A DNA stretch of 64,000 nucleotides. It comes from an uncultured Dermabacteraceae bacterium (GTDB taxonomy: Bacteria; Actinomycetota; Actinomycetes; Actinomycetales; Dermabacteraceae). The notes below the pieces were generated by a model. That model was not told the DNA's origin and did not search any database. It saw only the letters and a list, made by a program, of their open reading frames with translations. Position numbers and translations under genes: made by a program. This document shows positions 1 through 10,255 of the stretch, one piece after another; the stretch's first letter is position 1, and each line of letters starts with the position of its first letter. Location of the stretch: contig CALTZZ010000001.1 of the NCBI GenBank assembly GCA_943913905.1, positions 24,542-88,541 of the forward strand, written 5' to 3'.

Positions 1-513
1 GTTCCGGTCTGCCGTCCCCATTTCTTCGTCGAACGTGGCCTCGTGCACCTCAAGTTCGCGCCCCGCGGCACGGTTGAGCGTATCGCTCAGTCGATCCCAC
101 CGTTCCGCAGCGCTCTTGCCGAGCATCGAATGAGTCACGAGGGCGCCCACGTTCACCATCGGGTTCTTTGGGATGCCCAGTTCGCCGTCGATCGAGAGGG
201 CGCTGAAGTCTTCACCGCTCGGCTCTACGTCAACGCTGCGCAGCACGGTGCCGAGCCCGTTGTGGTCGATCGCGGCGCCGTATGCGAACGCCTTCGAAAT
301 GGATTGGACCGTGAAGTGGTGGTCGCTACCGCCCGCTGTCGCATCGCCGTCCACGGTGCAAATGGCGATGCCCACGTGGTCCGGTTCCACGTCGTGCAAA
401 CGTGCGAGCGGCGGGATATCGCCATCAACTTTGGACCCGCGGAGGGTCGTGACTAGGTCGTCGAGGTACTGCTGAAGGGCGGTGTCGTCAGCGTTTCGGG
501 AGGAGCGAGTCAT
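1..513 (-). CDS. glsA: glutaminase, N-terminal ~170 aa; the gene runs off the left edge
   Basis: Minus-strand frame is open from ATG (cat 511-513) to position 1. Hand translation MTRSSRNADDTALQQYLDDLV...DHHFTVQSISKAFAYGAAIDHNGLGTVL carries the glutaminase xxIQSISK signature. Not in the ORF track because there is no stop inside the window. Confidence 0.8.
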   Translation of the reverse strand, partial: MTRSSRNADDTALQQYLDDLVTTLRGSKVDGDIPPLARLHDVEPDHVGIAICTVDGDATAGGSDHHFTVQSISKAFAYGAAIDHNGLGTVLRSVDVEPSGEDFSALSIDGELGIPKNPMVNVGALVTHSMLGKSAAERWDRLSDTLNRAAGRELEVHEATFDEEMGTADRN

Positions 514-1434
514 TCAATTTCTCGATGTCTGTTGGGGTCAGGGTCAGGTCTAAGGCACGGGCGCTGTCGGCAATGGATTCTGGGCGGGACGCGCCGGGAA
601 TCGGCAGGACGTGATCGCCGAGAGCCATCTCCCACGCGAGCGTCACCTGTTGCGGGCTCACGCCGTGGCTCGCGGCCACGTCTGCGATCACGGGGAATCG
701 TTCGCCCACGACTGCCGCGTCGCCTCCGGTGCCACCGAGCGGTGACCACGGCACGAACGTGACGCCGTGTTCCGCGCAGAACCGGAGCTCCTCGTAGCTG
801 GTGTGGTTGAAGCGGGGTGAGAACTCGTTCTGCACGGCGGCGAGGTTCCCCCTCCCCCCAGAACGTCGAGCGCGATCTCAATTTCTTCGATGCTTGCGTT
901 CGAGATACCGATGTTCTCCACGTGCCCCTCGTCTTGGAGCACGGCGAGGGTTTCGATCGCTTCCGCGTATGGGCGCGTGCGGTCCGGGCGGTGCAGGTAG
1001 TAGAGGTCGATCGACTCCACTCCGAGGTTGATTTTCGACTTCACAACTGCCGTACGCAGGTACCCAACGGACGAGTCACGCCCCCACGTTTCGCCATCCC
1101 CACGCGTGATCCCGCCTTTCGTCGCGATCGTGAGGGTGGACGGGTCAAAGCCGGGGCGGTTGGCGGTGTAATGGCCGACGGCGTCTGCGACGGTCCGCTC
1201 GTTGTGCCCCATCGTGTCGAAGCTCGGCGCGTAAATGTCGGCGGTGTCGATCAGCGTGATGCCAGCGTCGAGCGCCGCGGCCACAACGTCGCGTGCCGTA
1301 GCAGTGCTGACGGCGTCGCCGCGACCCATGGAGAGGGGCATCGCCCCGAGTCCCAGAGCACTCACCGTGCGCCGCCCAATCCGTCGGCCGGTCGATTCGG
1401 CAGCTCCTGCGTCTGAAGTCGGCATCGTAGTCAT
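488..1434 (-). pseudogene. aldo/keto reductase interrupted by a -1 frameshift in a G5-A-G5 homopolymer tract (848-859)
   Basis: ORF 688..1434 gives the AKR N-terminus (GLGAMPLSMGRG...IDTADIY...IDLYYLHRPD...IALDVLGGGG). ORF 488..835 gives the AKR C-terminus (VQNEFSPRFNHTSYEELRFCAEHGVTFVPWSPLGGTGG...). The two frames join cleanly if one G is added to the run, giving ...DVLGGGGNLAAVQNEF... Confidence 0.8.
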
Positions 1435-1522
1435 GCGATAACCCTACGCAGGGCCCCTGCATGCACGTATAGCGGTCGCCGTCGGCCCAAAGGCAAATGC
1501 CAAGGGAGGCCAAAACGGCAAA

Positions 1523-2605
1523 CTACCTAACAGTCTGGGGACAAAACGCCTGATAGCGCTCAAACGCCGGATTGTTTGTGCCGCGGGTCGTGGTGCCCTC
1601 GATGAACTCCCACTCGAACACGTGACGTTGATACGGCTCGCTGCTCCCCGCCACAGCGCGATCCACCACGATCTGCGCAATGCGGTCAAAGAGATTTGGG
1701 ACGCCGTAGTGGCTCACGCTGTCGTCCAAGAATTGATCCTGGGGACACGACCCGATCGTGATGATTTCAAGGTCATGCGGGACCGCAACGTTGAGAACCG
1801 TTGCACACCGCACCAGAAGCGTCGCCACTTGCCAATCGAGCGCCACCACCGCTGTGGGGCGGTCCGGGCTGATCAGAAGCTCCCGGCAGTAGCGCATCAT
1901 CTCGTGCGGTTTCGTTCCCGCACTCAAGAACGAACGAGCATCATCGGGCAGATCGCCCTGGGCCAGCATCGCGTCGTAAAACGCGTGAGCGGGCGAAGGG
2001 TAAGACGGCCGCGATGCGAAGCTCGGAACCTTGCGGGCTAGCAGCGCCACACGTTCGTGACGCGAACGCAAGTGAGCGTAGGCGCGTGCCACGGCGGAAC
2101 TGGCGCTCGACGAAATGACGTCGAAGCCGTCGGCCTCCAATTTTTCCGAATACACAACGAGCTGCACACCGGAACGGGCCAGAGCGCTGAGCCGTTCGTG
2201 CGCATCCGGCTCCGAATCCACCCAGTTCACAAATGCAGCATCCGAGGCGTAGCCGCTCAGAAACTCCGACCACGTGTCATCGGCAAGCACCACGGTCGAC
2301 AGCTTCCGGGGGCGCGCTGCGGCACGCACCGCATGTGCCACCTGATGCCCCCACGGGTCAGACACAGTGCCCAGAGCCAGCACGATCGCGTCTGACTTTC
2401 CAGTGCGCATCGCACGCGCATACCGATTCGGCGCGTACCCGAGCTTCTTAGCGGACGCTCGCACCTTTCGCTTCGTTGCCTCCGAACCGGACGAGCCAGC
2501 GCCACCACGCCCGGAAAGGACGAATGAAGCCGTCGCCAGCGACACGCCCGCGTCTCGCGCAACTTCCCTCAGGGTGACGCTCTTTTTCTTGCCAAGCTCA
2601 CTCAC
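1523..2605 (-). CDS. LacI-family transcriptional regulator
   Basis: N-terminal HTH VTLREVARDAGVSLATASFVLSG followed by a periplasmic-binding-protein-like sugar-binding fold of typical length. Confidence 0.85.
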   Translation of the reverse strand: MSELGKKKSVTLREVARDAGVSLATASFVLSGRGGAGSSGSEATKRKVRASAKKLGYAPNRYARAMRTGKSDAIVLALGTVSDPWGHQVAHAVRAAARPRKLSTVVLADDTWSEFLSGYASDAAFVNWVDSEPDAHERLSALARSGVQLVVYSEKLEADGFDVISSSASSAVARAYAHLRSRHERVALLARKVPSFASRPSYPSPAHAFYDAMLAQGDLPDDARSFLSAGTKPHEMMRYCRELLISPDRPTAVVALDWQVATLLVRCATVLNVAVPHDLEIITIGSCPQDQFLDDSVSHYGVPNLFDRIAQIVVDRAVAGSSEPYQRHVFEWEFIEGTTTRGTNNPAFERYQAFCPQTVR

Positions 2606-2800
2606 AGCCCCGTCACCGTCGCCCTCTTCCTGGGTGCTCGAAAGATACGAGATAAATATTTGCCGTTCAAGTTAACATACGAAACAATCGGTCAGGAGAC
2701 ATGGCACACGGTTACGTGCTTTCCTATCCATCCTGTGTCGGACATACCGGATCACACACCTGCACAATAATCCCCGCCCACTCGTGCATACGATGGAGGC

Positions 2801-3838
2801 ATGCAGCCGCTTCCCCTTCTCGCTTTTGTGGTGCCCTGTTACAACTCGGCGGAGTACGTACACCGAGCTTTGGACTCCATTATCAACGGAACTGGCCCTG
2901 AATTCCTTGACCACATTGAAATCATCGTCGTCAACGACGGCTCTACCGACGACACTGCAACAATCGTTCGCGGCTACATCGAACAGCACCCGGAGATCGT
3001 CACCCTGGTCAGCCAAGCAAATGGCGGGCACGGCGCAGCGGTCATGGCTGGAATCCACGCAGCAAGCGCTCTCTACGTCAAAGTTCTTGACTCCGACGAC
3101 CGCTTAGATCCGTCGGCCCTCACCGAATTGCTGCAGTCCATCGAGGCATTCCCGGCGGATGCCCAGCCAGACGTTCTCATCACCGATTACGTGTACGACA
3201 ACGCCAGCTTCACCCGTAACCGCCGCATTCACTACCGTGGTTTCGTTCCCGCCCGCCGCACCTGCACCTGGGAGCAGGTATCCCGACCCCGCACCGGTCG
3301 ATACTTCCTGATGCACGCGCTGACGTACAAACGTGCGGTGCTCATCGAAAGCGGCCTCGAACTGCCACGGCACACGTTTTACGTGGACAACCTCTACGCT
3401 TCTGTCCCTCTGCGCCACACGCGAACCCTGCACTACATCCCGGTGCCGCTGTACATGTACTTCATTGGCCGCGACGATCAATCGGTCAACGAAAAGGTCA
3501 TGATCAAGCGGATCGACCAGCAGCTCCGAGTCAACCGACTCATGATCGATGAACTCGACGTGAGCGACGTGTCGTCCCGCGGCCTCTCGCGCTACCTCCT
3601 GCACTACCTCACGATCATCACGAGCGTTTCTCTCACCTTCTGCTTCCTCGCCAACACCGAGGAAGCCCGGCATAAGGGCCGGGACCTCCTCGCCTACCTC
3701 AAAGACAACAACCCTCGCGGCTACCGGGCCTACCGCCGCTCCCCCATGAACCTTGCACTCAGTGTTCGCGGCCCGGGCAGCCACCGATTCATCCGCACCA
3801 CCTATCGTGTTGTGCGGAAACGGTTCGGTTTCAACTAG
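2801..3838 (+). CDS. family 2 glycosyltransferase
   Basis: Starts FVVPCYNSAEYVHRALDSI...IIVVNDGSTDDT...VLDSDDRLDP, the classic GT-A/GT2 motifs. Confidence 0.85.
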   Translation: MQPLPLLAFVVPCYNSAEYVHRALDSIINGTGPEFLDHIEIIVVNDGSTDDTATIVRGYIEQHPEIVTLVSQANGGHGAAVMAGIHAASALYVKVLDSDDRLDPSALTELLQSIEAFPADAQPDVLITDYVYDNASFTRNRRIHYRGFVPARRTCTWEQVSRPRTGRYFLMHALTYKRAVLIESGLELPRHTFYVDNLYASVPLRHTRTLHYIPVPLYMYFIGRDDQSVNEKVMIKRIDQQLRVNRLMIDELDVSDVSSRGLSRYLLHYLTIITSVSLTFCFLANTEEARHKGRDLLAYLKDNNPRGYRAYRRSPMNLALSVRGPGSHRFIRTTYRVVRKRFGFN

Positions 3839-3965
3839 CCGATACTGCTCACACTTTGCAGATTCGATGCATTACTGTGTTTCTCCAGTAGTGCGCACGG
3901 GAGTACGGTGTAAGGATCTCATCCCCCATTAAGGGCCTGTTCACCTTATTTAGGATCTGTTCACC

Positions 3966-5663
3966 ATGACAACGCTTCGCATCGACGCATCGTGGGTCGA
4001 TTTCGCGCTCGTGGCTTTGTACTTCCTCTTCGTCCTCGGAGTGGGCTGGTACGCCAAGCGCGGTGTTTCCAACTCGATTGAATTCTTCCTCTCGGGCCGT
4101 TCACTCCCCGCGTGGGTTACGGGCCTCGCGTTCATTTCCGCGAACCTAGGCGCCGTCGAAATTATGGGAATGAGCGCCACGGGCGCCCAGTACGGCTTCC
4201 CGACCATGCACTACTTCTGGGTGGGCGCTGTTCCCGCGATGCTGTTCCTTGGCGTCGTGATGATGCCGTTTTACTACGGCTCGAAGGTGCGCAGTGTTCC
4301 GGAGTTCATGCGCATGCGTTTCGGTACTGGCGCTCACTTGGTGAACGCGCTGAGCTTCGCTCTCGCGCAGCTCCTTATTGCTGGCGTGAACCTCTTCCTT
4401 CTGGGCACGATTGTGAACCGTCTTCTGGGCTGGCCCATGTGGGTGGCCCTCATCGTTGCTGCGGCGATCGTTCTGAGCTACATCACGCTCGGTGGTTTGA
4501 GCGCCGCGATCTACAACGAGGTTCTGCAGTTCTTCGTGATCGTGGCGGCGCTGCTGCCGCTCACCCTCATTGGTCTGCACCGTGTTGGCGGGTGGAGCGG
4601 CCTGAAGGAGAAGGTCACGAACGACGGCATGCTGGGTGCCTCGCAGCTTCACACTTGGCCGGGCCAGCAGCTCTCGGGCTTTGAATCGCCCCTGGTTTCT
4701 GCGATCGGCATCGTGTTTGGCCTGGGCTTCGTGCTGAGCTTCGGCTACTGGACCACGAACTTCGTGGAGGTGCAGCGTGCGATGGCGTCGAAGTCGATCA
4801 CGGCAGCGCGTATGACTCCGATCATCGGTGCGTTCCCGAAGATGTTCATCCCGTTCATCGTGATCGTGCCTGGCATGATCGCCGCGGTGCTCGTGGGTGA
4901 CCTCACCGAATACAAGCAGTTGAGCACGGCTGGCAACGCCGAGGCGGCAGGCGCCATGGGCATCACCTACAACGACGCCCTGCTCCTCCTGATGCGCGAT
5001 GTGCTCCCCACGGGCCTGCTCGGCATCGCTATCGCTGGTCTTCTCGCAGCGTTTATGGCCGGCATGGCGGCGAACATTTCCGCCTTCAACACGGTTATTT
5101 CGTACGACATTTGGCAGCAGTACATCGTCAAGGGCAAGGAAGACGGCTACTACCTGAAGGTGGGCCGTGTGGCCACGGTTGCCGCGTCCATCATCGCGAT
5201 CTTCACGGCGCTTATCGCCGGGAACTTCTCGAACCTTATGGACTACCTGCAGACACTGTTCGGGTTCTTCAACGCCCCGCTGTTTGCCACGTTCATCCTC
5301 GGCATGTTCTGGAAGCGGATGACCCCGACCGCAGGCTGGTCTGGCCTCGTGGCAGGCACGCTGGCGGCCGTGACCCTGTGGACGTCGTCGGAGTTCTTCG
5401 CCCTCTTCACTCTACCCGGCCAGGGCCTCGCATTCCTCGCGGCAGCCACCGCGTTCGTGGTGGACATCGTGGTCTCGGTCGTCGTCACCCTCGTGACGAA
5501 GCCGAAGCCGGAGCATGAACTGCGCGGCCTCGTGTATTCGGAAACCCCGAAGACCGAGCTCGTGGACCCCGAAGAGAAGGACATGCCGTTCTGGCGCCGC
5601 CCCGTTCCGATGGCGGCCATCGGCTTGGTTCTCGTGATCGCACTCAACGTGATCTTCGCGTAA
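3966..5663 (+). CDS. sodium:solute symporter (SSS) family transporter
   Basis: 565 aa, multi-TM, with N-terminal SSS signature region (GRSLPAWVTGLAFISANLGAVEIMGMSATGAQYGF). Confidence 0.85.
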   Translation: MTTLRIDASWVDFALVALYFLFVLGVGWYAKRGVSNSIEFFLSGRSLPAWVTGLAFISANLGAVEIMGMSATGAQYGFPTMHYFWVGAVPAMLFLGVVMMPFYYGSKVRSVPEFMRMRFGTGAHLVNALSFALAQLLIAGVNLFLLGTIVNRLLGWPMWVALIVAAAIVLSYITLGGLSAAIYNEVLQFFVIVAALLPLTLIGLHRVGGWSGLKEKVTNDGMLGASQLHTWPGQQLSGFESPLVSAIGIVFGLGFVLSFGYWTTNFVEVQRAMASKSITAARMTPIIGAFPKMFIPFIVIVPGMIAAVLVGDLTEYKQLSTAGNAEAAGAMGITYNDALLLLMRDVLPTGLLGIAIAGLLAAFMAGMAANISAFNTVISYDIWQQYIVKGKEDGYYLKVGRVATVAASIIAIFTALIAGNFSNLMDYLQTLFGFFNAPLFATFILGMFWKRMTPTAGWSGLVAGTLAAVTLWTSSEFFALFTLPGQGLAFLAAATAFVVDIVVSVVVTLVTKPKPEHELRGLVYSETPKTELVDPEEKDMPFWRRPVPMAAIGLVLVIALNVIFA

Positions 5664-5673
5664 GGAGCACACC

Positions 5674-6015
5674 GTGAATAACCCCGTAAATCCCGCAGAT
5701 CAAGACCCGGCGATCCAAGCCACTGGCGTTGACTCCGACGCACACGTGGAAACCGCTGGCGCGTTCGACATCCGCATGTTCATTGGCCTGCTCATCGGCA
5801 TCTACGGTGCCGTCCTGCTCGTCCTCGGCATGTTCTTCTTCGACGCCACGACGGCACAGAAGACCGACGGCATGAACGCAAACCTCTGGTCCGGAATCGC
5901 CATGCTCGCCTTCGCTATCGCTATGGCCATGTGGGCGAAACTTGACCCGATCCGCATGGTTGTTCGTGACAACGAGCCGGGAGCCGAAGAACCGAAAGAC
6001 ATCGCCGCGCTCTAA
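5674..6015 (+). CDS. small 2-TM membrane protein, likely an accessory subunit of the adjacent symporter
   Basis: GTG start 11 nt after the symporter stop, with aaggag RBS. Two hydrophobic helices. Small-subunit partners next to SSS transporters are known (DUF4212-like). Confidence 0.6.
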   Translation: MNNPVNPADQDPAIQATGVDSDAHVETAGAFDIRMFIGLLIGIYGAVLLVLGMFFFDATTAQKTDGMNANLWSGIAMLAFAIAMAMWAKLDPIRMVVRDNEPGAEEPKDIAAL

Positions 6016-6121
6016 CAGCTCGGCACACACGAGCGACGGCCCGGAGGGGTGGCTAAGTGCCGCTCCCCGGGCCGTTTCGTATGTGCCCTGGGCCGAGGAA
6101 TGCCGGGGAGTCCGTCGGTGC

Positions 6122-6547
6122 CTAAGCTCCGGGGAACCCCTGGAACATGTTCATGCTGATGAAGCAGAAGACCCCGATCGCGATGAGCCCGCCGACGCTC
6201 TGGGTGACGGTGCGCATGGTCAACGGCGGTTTCACCATGTGCCCGTTTGCTGGTGCCACGCATGATTCCGGGTTGTTCAAGTCGTAGAACACGGTGACTT
6301 CTGCGCCGGATCGGTCTTCGAGGCCGACGTCTGGGTGTTGAGCAACCGTGCGAATTGCCCCACCGTACTGGGTTGTGAATTCAACGGTTTCTTCGCGCCA
6401 GGAGCGGGAACCTTTGCTGTTCGAACGGGTCACGAGGGGAGAGCTCACTACCCTGCCATGTGCCTCACTGGCACTGCGGATGAAGATGTTGCCGCGTATG
6501 AAGGTCCGGAGTGGGCGTACGAGGGGCCAGAGGAGGCCTGCCGCCAT
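6122..6547 (-). CDS. hypothetical membrane protein, possibly DUF3592-like
   Basis: Segment VEFTTQYGGAIR...GAEVTVFYDLNNPES followed by a C-terminal TM helix resembles DUF3592 architecture. The N-terminus is uncertain. Confidence 0.4.
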   Translation of the reverse strand: MAAGLLWPLVRPLRTFIRGNIFIRSASEAHGRVVSSPLVTRSNSKGSRSWREETVEFTTQYGGAIRTVAQHPDVGLEDRSGAEVTVFYDLNNPESCVAPANGHMVKPPLTMRTVTQSVGGLIAIGVFCFISMNMFQGFPGA

Positions 6548-6762
6548 AAGGCTGGCACGAGGAAGAACATAGGCGACATACTGAAGCTGACGGGGCTAAT
6601 AACCGGGGCGGAGCTCATGGGCACCAACCTAGTCGAACTCACAGCAGGTGTGGGGCTTGAGGGGAATGCAGGACTACCCATTGCGGAGCACCCGAAGCTT
6701 CCAGCACCCGCCGCTTATCGGCGCCAGTGGATTTCGCCTTGCTCCGAGGCCGCTACGAACCG

Positions 6763-6957
6763 CTAGCAGCAGCGCCCTTCGGGGGACGTGTCTTGTTTGC
6801 GGTATTTTTCGCGCCAGAATTCTTTTTCGGTAAGTGGCTCGTGCTGGCAGCCGGTGATGCGATGGTGCGTCAGGTATTTGTCGTACGCGTCTGAACCAAG
6901 AACACCGCGCGCGAAGCGTTGTACTTCGCGCGCGATGTCCACGATGGTGTCTCTCAT
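6763..6957 (-). CDS. ybdD: YbdD/YjiX-family small protein (DUF466), partner of CstA
   Basis: 64 aa ending ...EGRCC immediately downstream of cstA. E. coli YbdD also ends in CC and is co-operonic with the CstA paralogue. Confidence 0.8.
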   Translation of the reverse strand: MRDTIVDIAREVQRFARGVLGSDAYDKYLTHHRITGCQHEPLTEKEFWREKYRKQDTSPEGRCC

Positions 6958-6972
6958 GCGGGAGAACTTACC

Positions 6973-9234
6973 TTAGTGATGGGTTCCCGAGAAGTCTTTC
7001 TCGGGGTGGTGTTTGAGCCACTCGTCCCACTGTGCCTGAAGGTCCTTTTCGGGCTTCGAGGCGAGCATGCCGTCGGGCGCGAAGTACTCGGACTCGATGT
7101 GGGGTTCTTCGGTGTCGATGATGTTTGTGCCTTGCAGCGCCTGGATGGTGCGCCACACGGCCACGAGCATCACGATGATGGCACACACCACGAACAGGAT
7201 CGAGAGCGACCCTTGCACGGCGGTGTTGAACACAACGGCCTTCATGTCTTCGAGCGGCATGCCGCCGATGGATTCACCGGCGTCCACTGCGTTCTTGAAC
7301 TTCATGTGATTTGCCCAGTAGCCGATCTTCGGGTTGCTGGAGAAGATCTTGAGGTACGAACCGTAGATCGTGATGGCTGCCGTGAATACGAGCGGCACCA
7401 CGATGATGAGGAGCGTGCCCCTGCGGCCCTTGCGGGCGAAGATAACGAGGCAGACCGCGAGCGCGACGGCGGCGAGCAGCTGGTTGGCGATGCCGAACAG
7501 CGGGAACAGAGTGTTGATGCCGCCGAGTGGGTCGTTGACACCCATGACGAGGATCGATCCCCAGCCGAGGACCATGACGGCGGTGGTGATCCAGGCACCG
7601 ATCTTCCACGAGGGGTCGCGGAACTTCGAGTACACGCCGCCGAGGGCGTCGGAGAGCATGAAGCGGGCCACGCGGGTGCCGGCGTCTACGGAGGTGAGGA
7701 TGAAGAGCGCTTCGAACATGATCGCGAAGTGGTACCAGAACGCCATCATGCCTTCGCCCGGGATGAGCCCGTGCATGATGTTGGCGAGGCCGACGGCGAG
7801 TGTGGGGGCACCACCGGTGCGGGACACGATCGAGTGTTCGCCCACCTGGCGAGCCGTTTCCGACAGGGTCTCTGGGGTGACGTTGACGCCCGTGAGTCCG
7901 AGGCTGTTGACGAAGGCTGCAGCGCCTTCGACCGTGCCTTGGGTAGCGGTGGATGCGGAGTTCATGGCGAAGTAGATGCCCTGGTCGATCGTGACTGCGG
8001 CAACGAGCGCCATGATCGCCACGAACGATTCCATGAGCATGCCGCCGTAACCGATCATGCGCGTCTGGCCTTCTTTTTCCACGAGCTTCGGCGTGGTACC
8101 GGAGGAAATCATGGCGTGGAAGCCGGAGAGTGCACCACAGGCAATCGTCACGAACAGGAACGGGAAGAGGTGCCCGGAGAATACGGGACCATCGCCGTTG
8201 CTGGCGAAGACGGAGACCGGCGGTGCGGTGACGACGGGCTGCACGATGACGATCGCGATGGCGAGCATCGCGATAACGCCCACCTTCATGAAGGTGGAGA
8301 GGTAGTCGCGGGGTGCGAGGAGTAGCCACACGGGGAGCACTGCGGCGATGAACCCGTAGGCGATAACGAGGATAGCGAGGAGCGGGCGGTCGAGGTGGAA
8401 GATCTGGCCCCAGTCGCTTTCGGCTACCCAACGGCCGGAGATGATGGCGAAGAGCAGGAGTGCCACGCCAATGGCGGATACTTCCATAACCTTGCCGGGA
8501 CGCAGGTAGCGGAGGTAGATGCCCATGAAGATGGCGATCGGGATGGTGAGGCCAACGGAGTAGACGCCCCAGGTGGATTCGCCGAGGGAGTTCACCACGA
8601 CCATGGCGAGGATCGCGACGATGATGAGCATGATGGAGAGGGTCGCGACGAAGGCGGCGATACCGCCCACGACACCGAGTTCGTCGCGTGCGATCTTGCC
8701 GAGGGAGCGGCCGCGGCGGCGCATGGAGACGAAGAGGACCAGGTAGTCCTGGACGGCGCCGGCGAGGATCACGCCAACGATGATCCAGATCGTTCCGGGC
8801 AGGTAGCCCATCTGGGCGGCCAGGATGGGGCCGACGAGCGGGCCAGCGCCAGCGATGGCGGCGAAGTGGTGGCCGTAGAGGATGCGGCGGTCTGTGGGGA
8901 CGAAGTCTTGACCGTCGTAGGAGTATTCGGCGGGGGTGGCCCGGCGGTTATTGGGCTTGACCAGCTTGTCTTCGATGTATTTGGCGTAGAAGCGGTAGCC
9001 GATGAGGTAGCTCGATACGGCGGCGAACACGAACCAGAGGGCGTTGACGTTTTCGCCGCGCATGATGGCGACCATGAACCAGCCGATTCCGCCGAGGAGC
9101 GCGAGGATCACCCATATGCCGATCTTGAGCGGGGTCCACCGTTGGCTTTCTCTTCGGTCCGCTTCGGTGATGTCTACGGGGGGATGCGGGTCATTCTGTG
9201 AGTGTGCCGCGGGAGTCGGGGACACCGAGCTCAT
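6973..9234 (-). CDS. cstA: carbon starvation protein A family transporter (peptide/pyruvate uptake)
   Basis: 753 aa polytopic protein with CstA N-terminal signature (YRFYAKYIEDKLV...ILYGHHFAAIAGAGPLVGPILAAQMGYLPG). Confidence 0.9.
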   Translation of the reverse strand: MSSVSPTPAAHSQNDPHPPVDITEADRRESQRWTPLKIGIWVILALLGGIGWFMVAIMRGENVNALWFVFAAVSSYLIGYRFYAKYIEDKLVKPNNRRATPAEYSYDGQDFVPTDRRILYGHHFAAIAGAGPLVGPILAAQMGYLPGTIWIIVGVILAGAVQDYLVLFVSMRRRGRSLGKIARDELGVVGGIAAFVATLSIMLIIVAILAMVVVNSLGESTWGVYSVGLTIPIAIFMGIYLRYLRPGKVMEVSAIGVALLLFAIISGRWVAESDWGQIFHLDRPLLAILVIAYGFIAAVLPVWLLLAPRDYLSTFMKVGVIAMLAIAIVIVQPVVTAPPVSVFASNGDGPVFSGHLFPFLFVTIACGALSGFHAMISSGTTPKLVEKEGQTRMIGYGGMLMESFVAIMALVAAVTIDQGIYFAMNSASTATQGTVEGAAAFVNSLGLTGVNVTPETLSETARQVGEHSIVSRTGGAPTLAVGLANIMHGLIPGEGMMAFWYHFAIMFEALFILTSVDAGTRVARFMLSDALGGVYSKFRDPSWKIGAWITTAVMVLGWGSILVMGVNDPLGGINTLFPLFGIANQLLAAVALAVCLVIFARKGRRGTLLIIVVPLVFTAAITIYGSYLKIFSSNPKIGYWANHMKFKNAVDAGESIGGMPLEDMKAVVFNTAVQGSLSILFVVCAIIVMLVAVWRTIQALQGTNIIDTEEPHIESEYFAPDGMLASKPEKDLQAQWDEWLKHHPEKDFSGTHH

Positions 9235-9442
9235 ACGAATCTTCTCCTTTGGAATCCAAGGGTCGTAGCGGACGAGTCTGAAAAATCAGTGAACAGACAC
9301 CGCAAGAATAGGCAGAGTGACCTAGATCCTACGGTCACTAAGTCCCGGGACTACTCGCGAGTCAGGGGTATAGAACCAAGTGTTATCTAGATCACCACCG
9401 TTAGGGTGGATTTACGCCTGGCTCCCCGCGTTGACTGGGCGC

Positions 9443-10255
9443 ATGTCTGGCTATTCCGCTCCCCTGGCGACCGCCTCCGTCGGCGGCCCTCCCGCTGTTT
9501 CATTCGCACTTCTCGGGGCCGACGGCACCGTGGATGCAGCCCGCGCCGAACACCGAGCAATGTACGCAGCAAGCACGATCAAGCTGCACGTCATGTGCGC
9601 GGTACTTGAGGGCATCGATTCCGGGGAGTTCGCGAGCGACCAGGTTCTCGCGGCGACCCGCATGTTCACGGGCACCGACGGCGAACCCTTCACGCTCGAG
9701 GGCAATCACCTGGACCACTCGTTTCCCGCCGACGGCACGAGCGTGACCGTTGCTCAGCTCCTTCACGCCATGATCGCGCGTTCGAGCAACGAGGCCACGA
9801 ACATGCTCATGCAGCTCGTGGGTTTTGAGGCCATTGCACGGCAATGCCAACGTCTGGGGCTCGAGGAAACCCGAATTAAGCGCATGATTGGAGATGCGGC
9901 CGCGATTGATCAGGGCCTCACGAATGAGACCAGCGCGCTCGATTTGGCGCGTACGATGCATGCGCTCGTGCGCGGCCACCTGGCATCAGAGGCGTCCACG
10001 TCGCTCGCAGTGCAGGCACTCTCGGCGCAGACCATCCCCGTGATCGCAACTGCGCTTCGTGACACCGTGACGTGGGGGTCGAAGTCGGGCGAGGTTCCGG
10101 GGATTCGGCACGACGTCGCCTTCGTCGGCGCTCCCCACAGCCCGGACGGATTCCGCACTCTCGCCGTCACGACCTCGGGCTTTAATGATGAAGCGGCGGC
10201 GAATGAGGCTATTGCCGCGCTCACCGCCGCTCTACTCCCAGACGTGACTGGCTAA
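9443..10255 (+). CDS. class A beta-lactamase-like serine hydrolase with no signal peptide
   Basis: Motifs STIK (SxxK), SSN (SDN-like) and KSG (KTG-like) in class-A spacing. No Sec/Tat leader. Start chosen at ATG 9443; the track ORF begins at 9380. Confidence 0.7.
   Translation: MSGYSAPLATASVGGPPAVSFALLGADGTVDAARAEHRAMYAASTIKLHVMCAVLEGIDSGEFASDQVLAATRMFTGTDGEPFTLEGNHLDHSFPADGTSVTVAQLLHAMIARSSNEATNMLMQLVGFEAIARQCQRLGLEETRIKRMIGDAAAIDQGLTNETSALDLARTMHALVRGHLASEASTSLAVQALSAQTIPVIATALRDTVTWGSKSGEVPGIRHDVAFVGAPHSPDGFRTLAVTTSGFNDEAAANEAIAALTAALLPDVTG

Noticed and set aside
6919-8431. Long ORFs antisense to, or out of frame with, cstA (468 aa on plus, 385 aa on minus). Similar shadow ORFs appear over the phosphoesterase (16831..17730), BCCT (19492..20292), rlmD/asparaginase (25660..28037), metal ABC operon (28234..30917), feoB (48523..49820) and elsewhere.
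   Set aside because: These have the Arg/Gly/Pro/His-rich composition typical of spurious ORFs in high-GC DNA. Each overlaps a gene with a clear family signature on the other strand or frame.
9380-9395. CRP/GlxR box (TGTGA-N6-TCACA) in front of cstA.
   Set aside because: GTGTT and TCACC arms are separated by 8 nt, not 6. Reported only as a generic palindrome.
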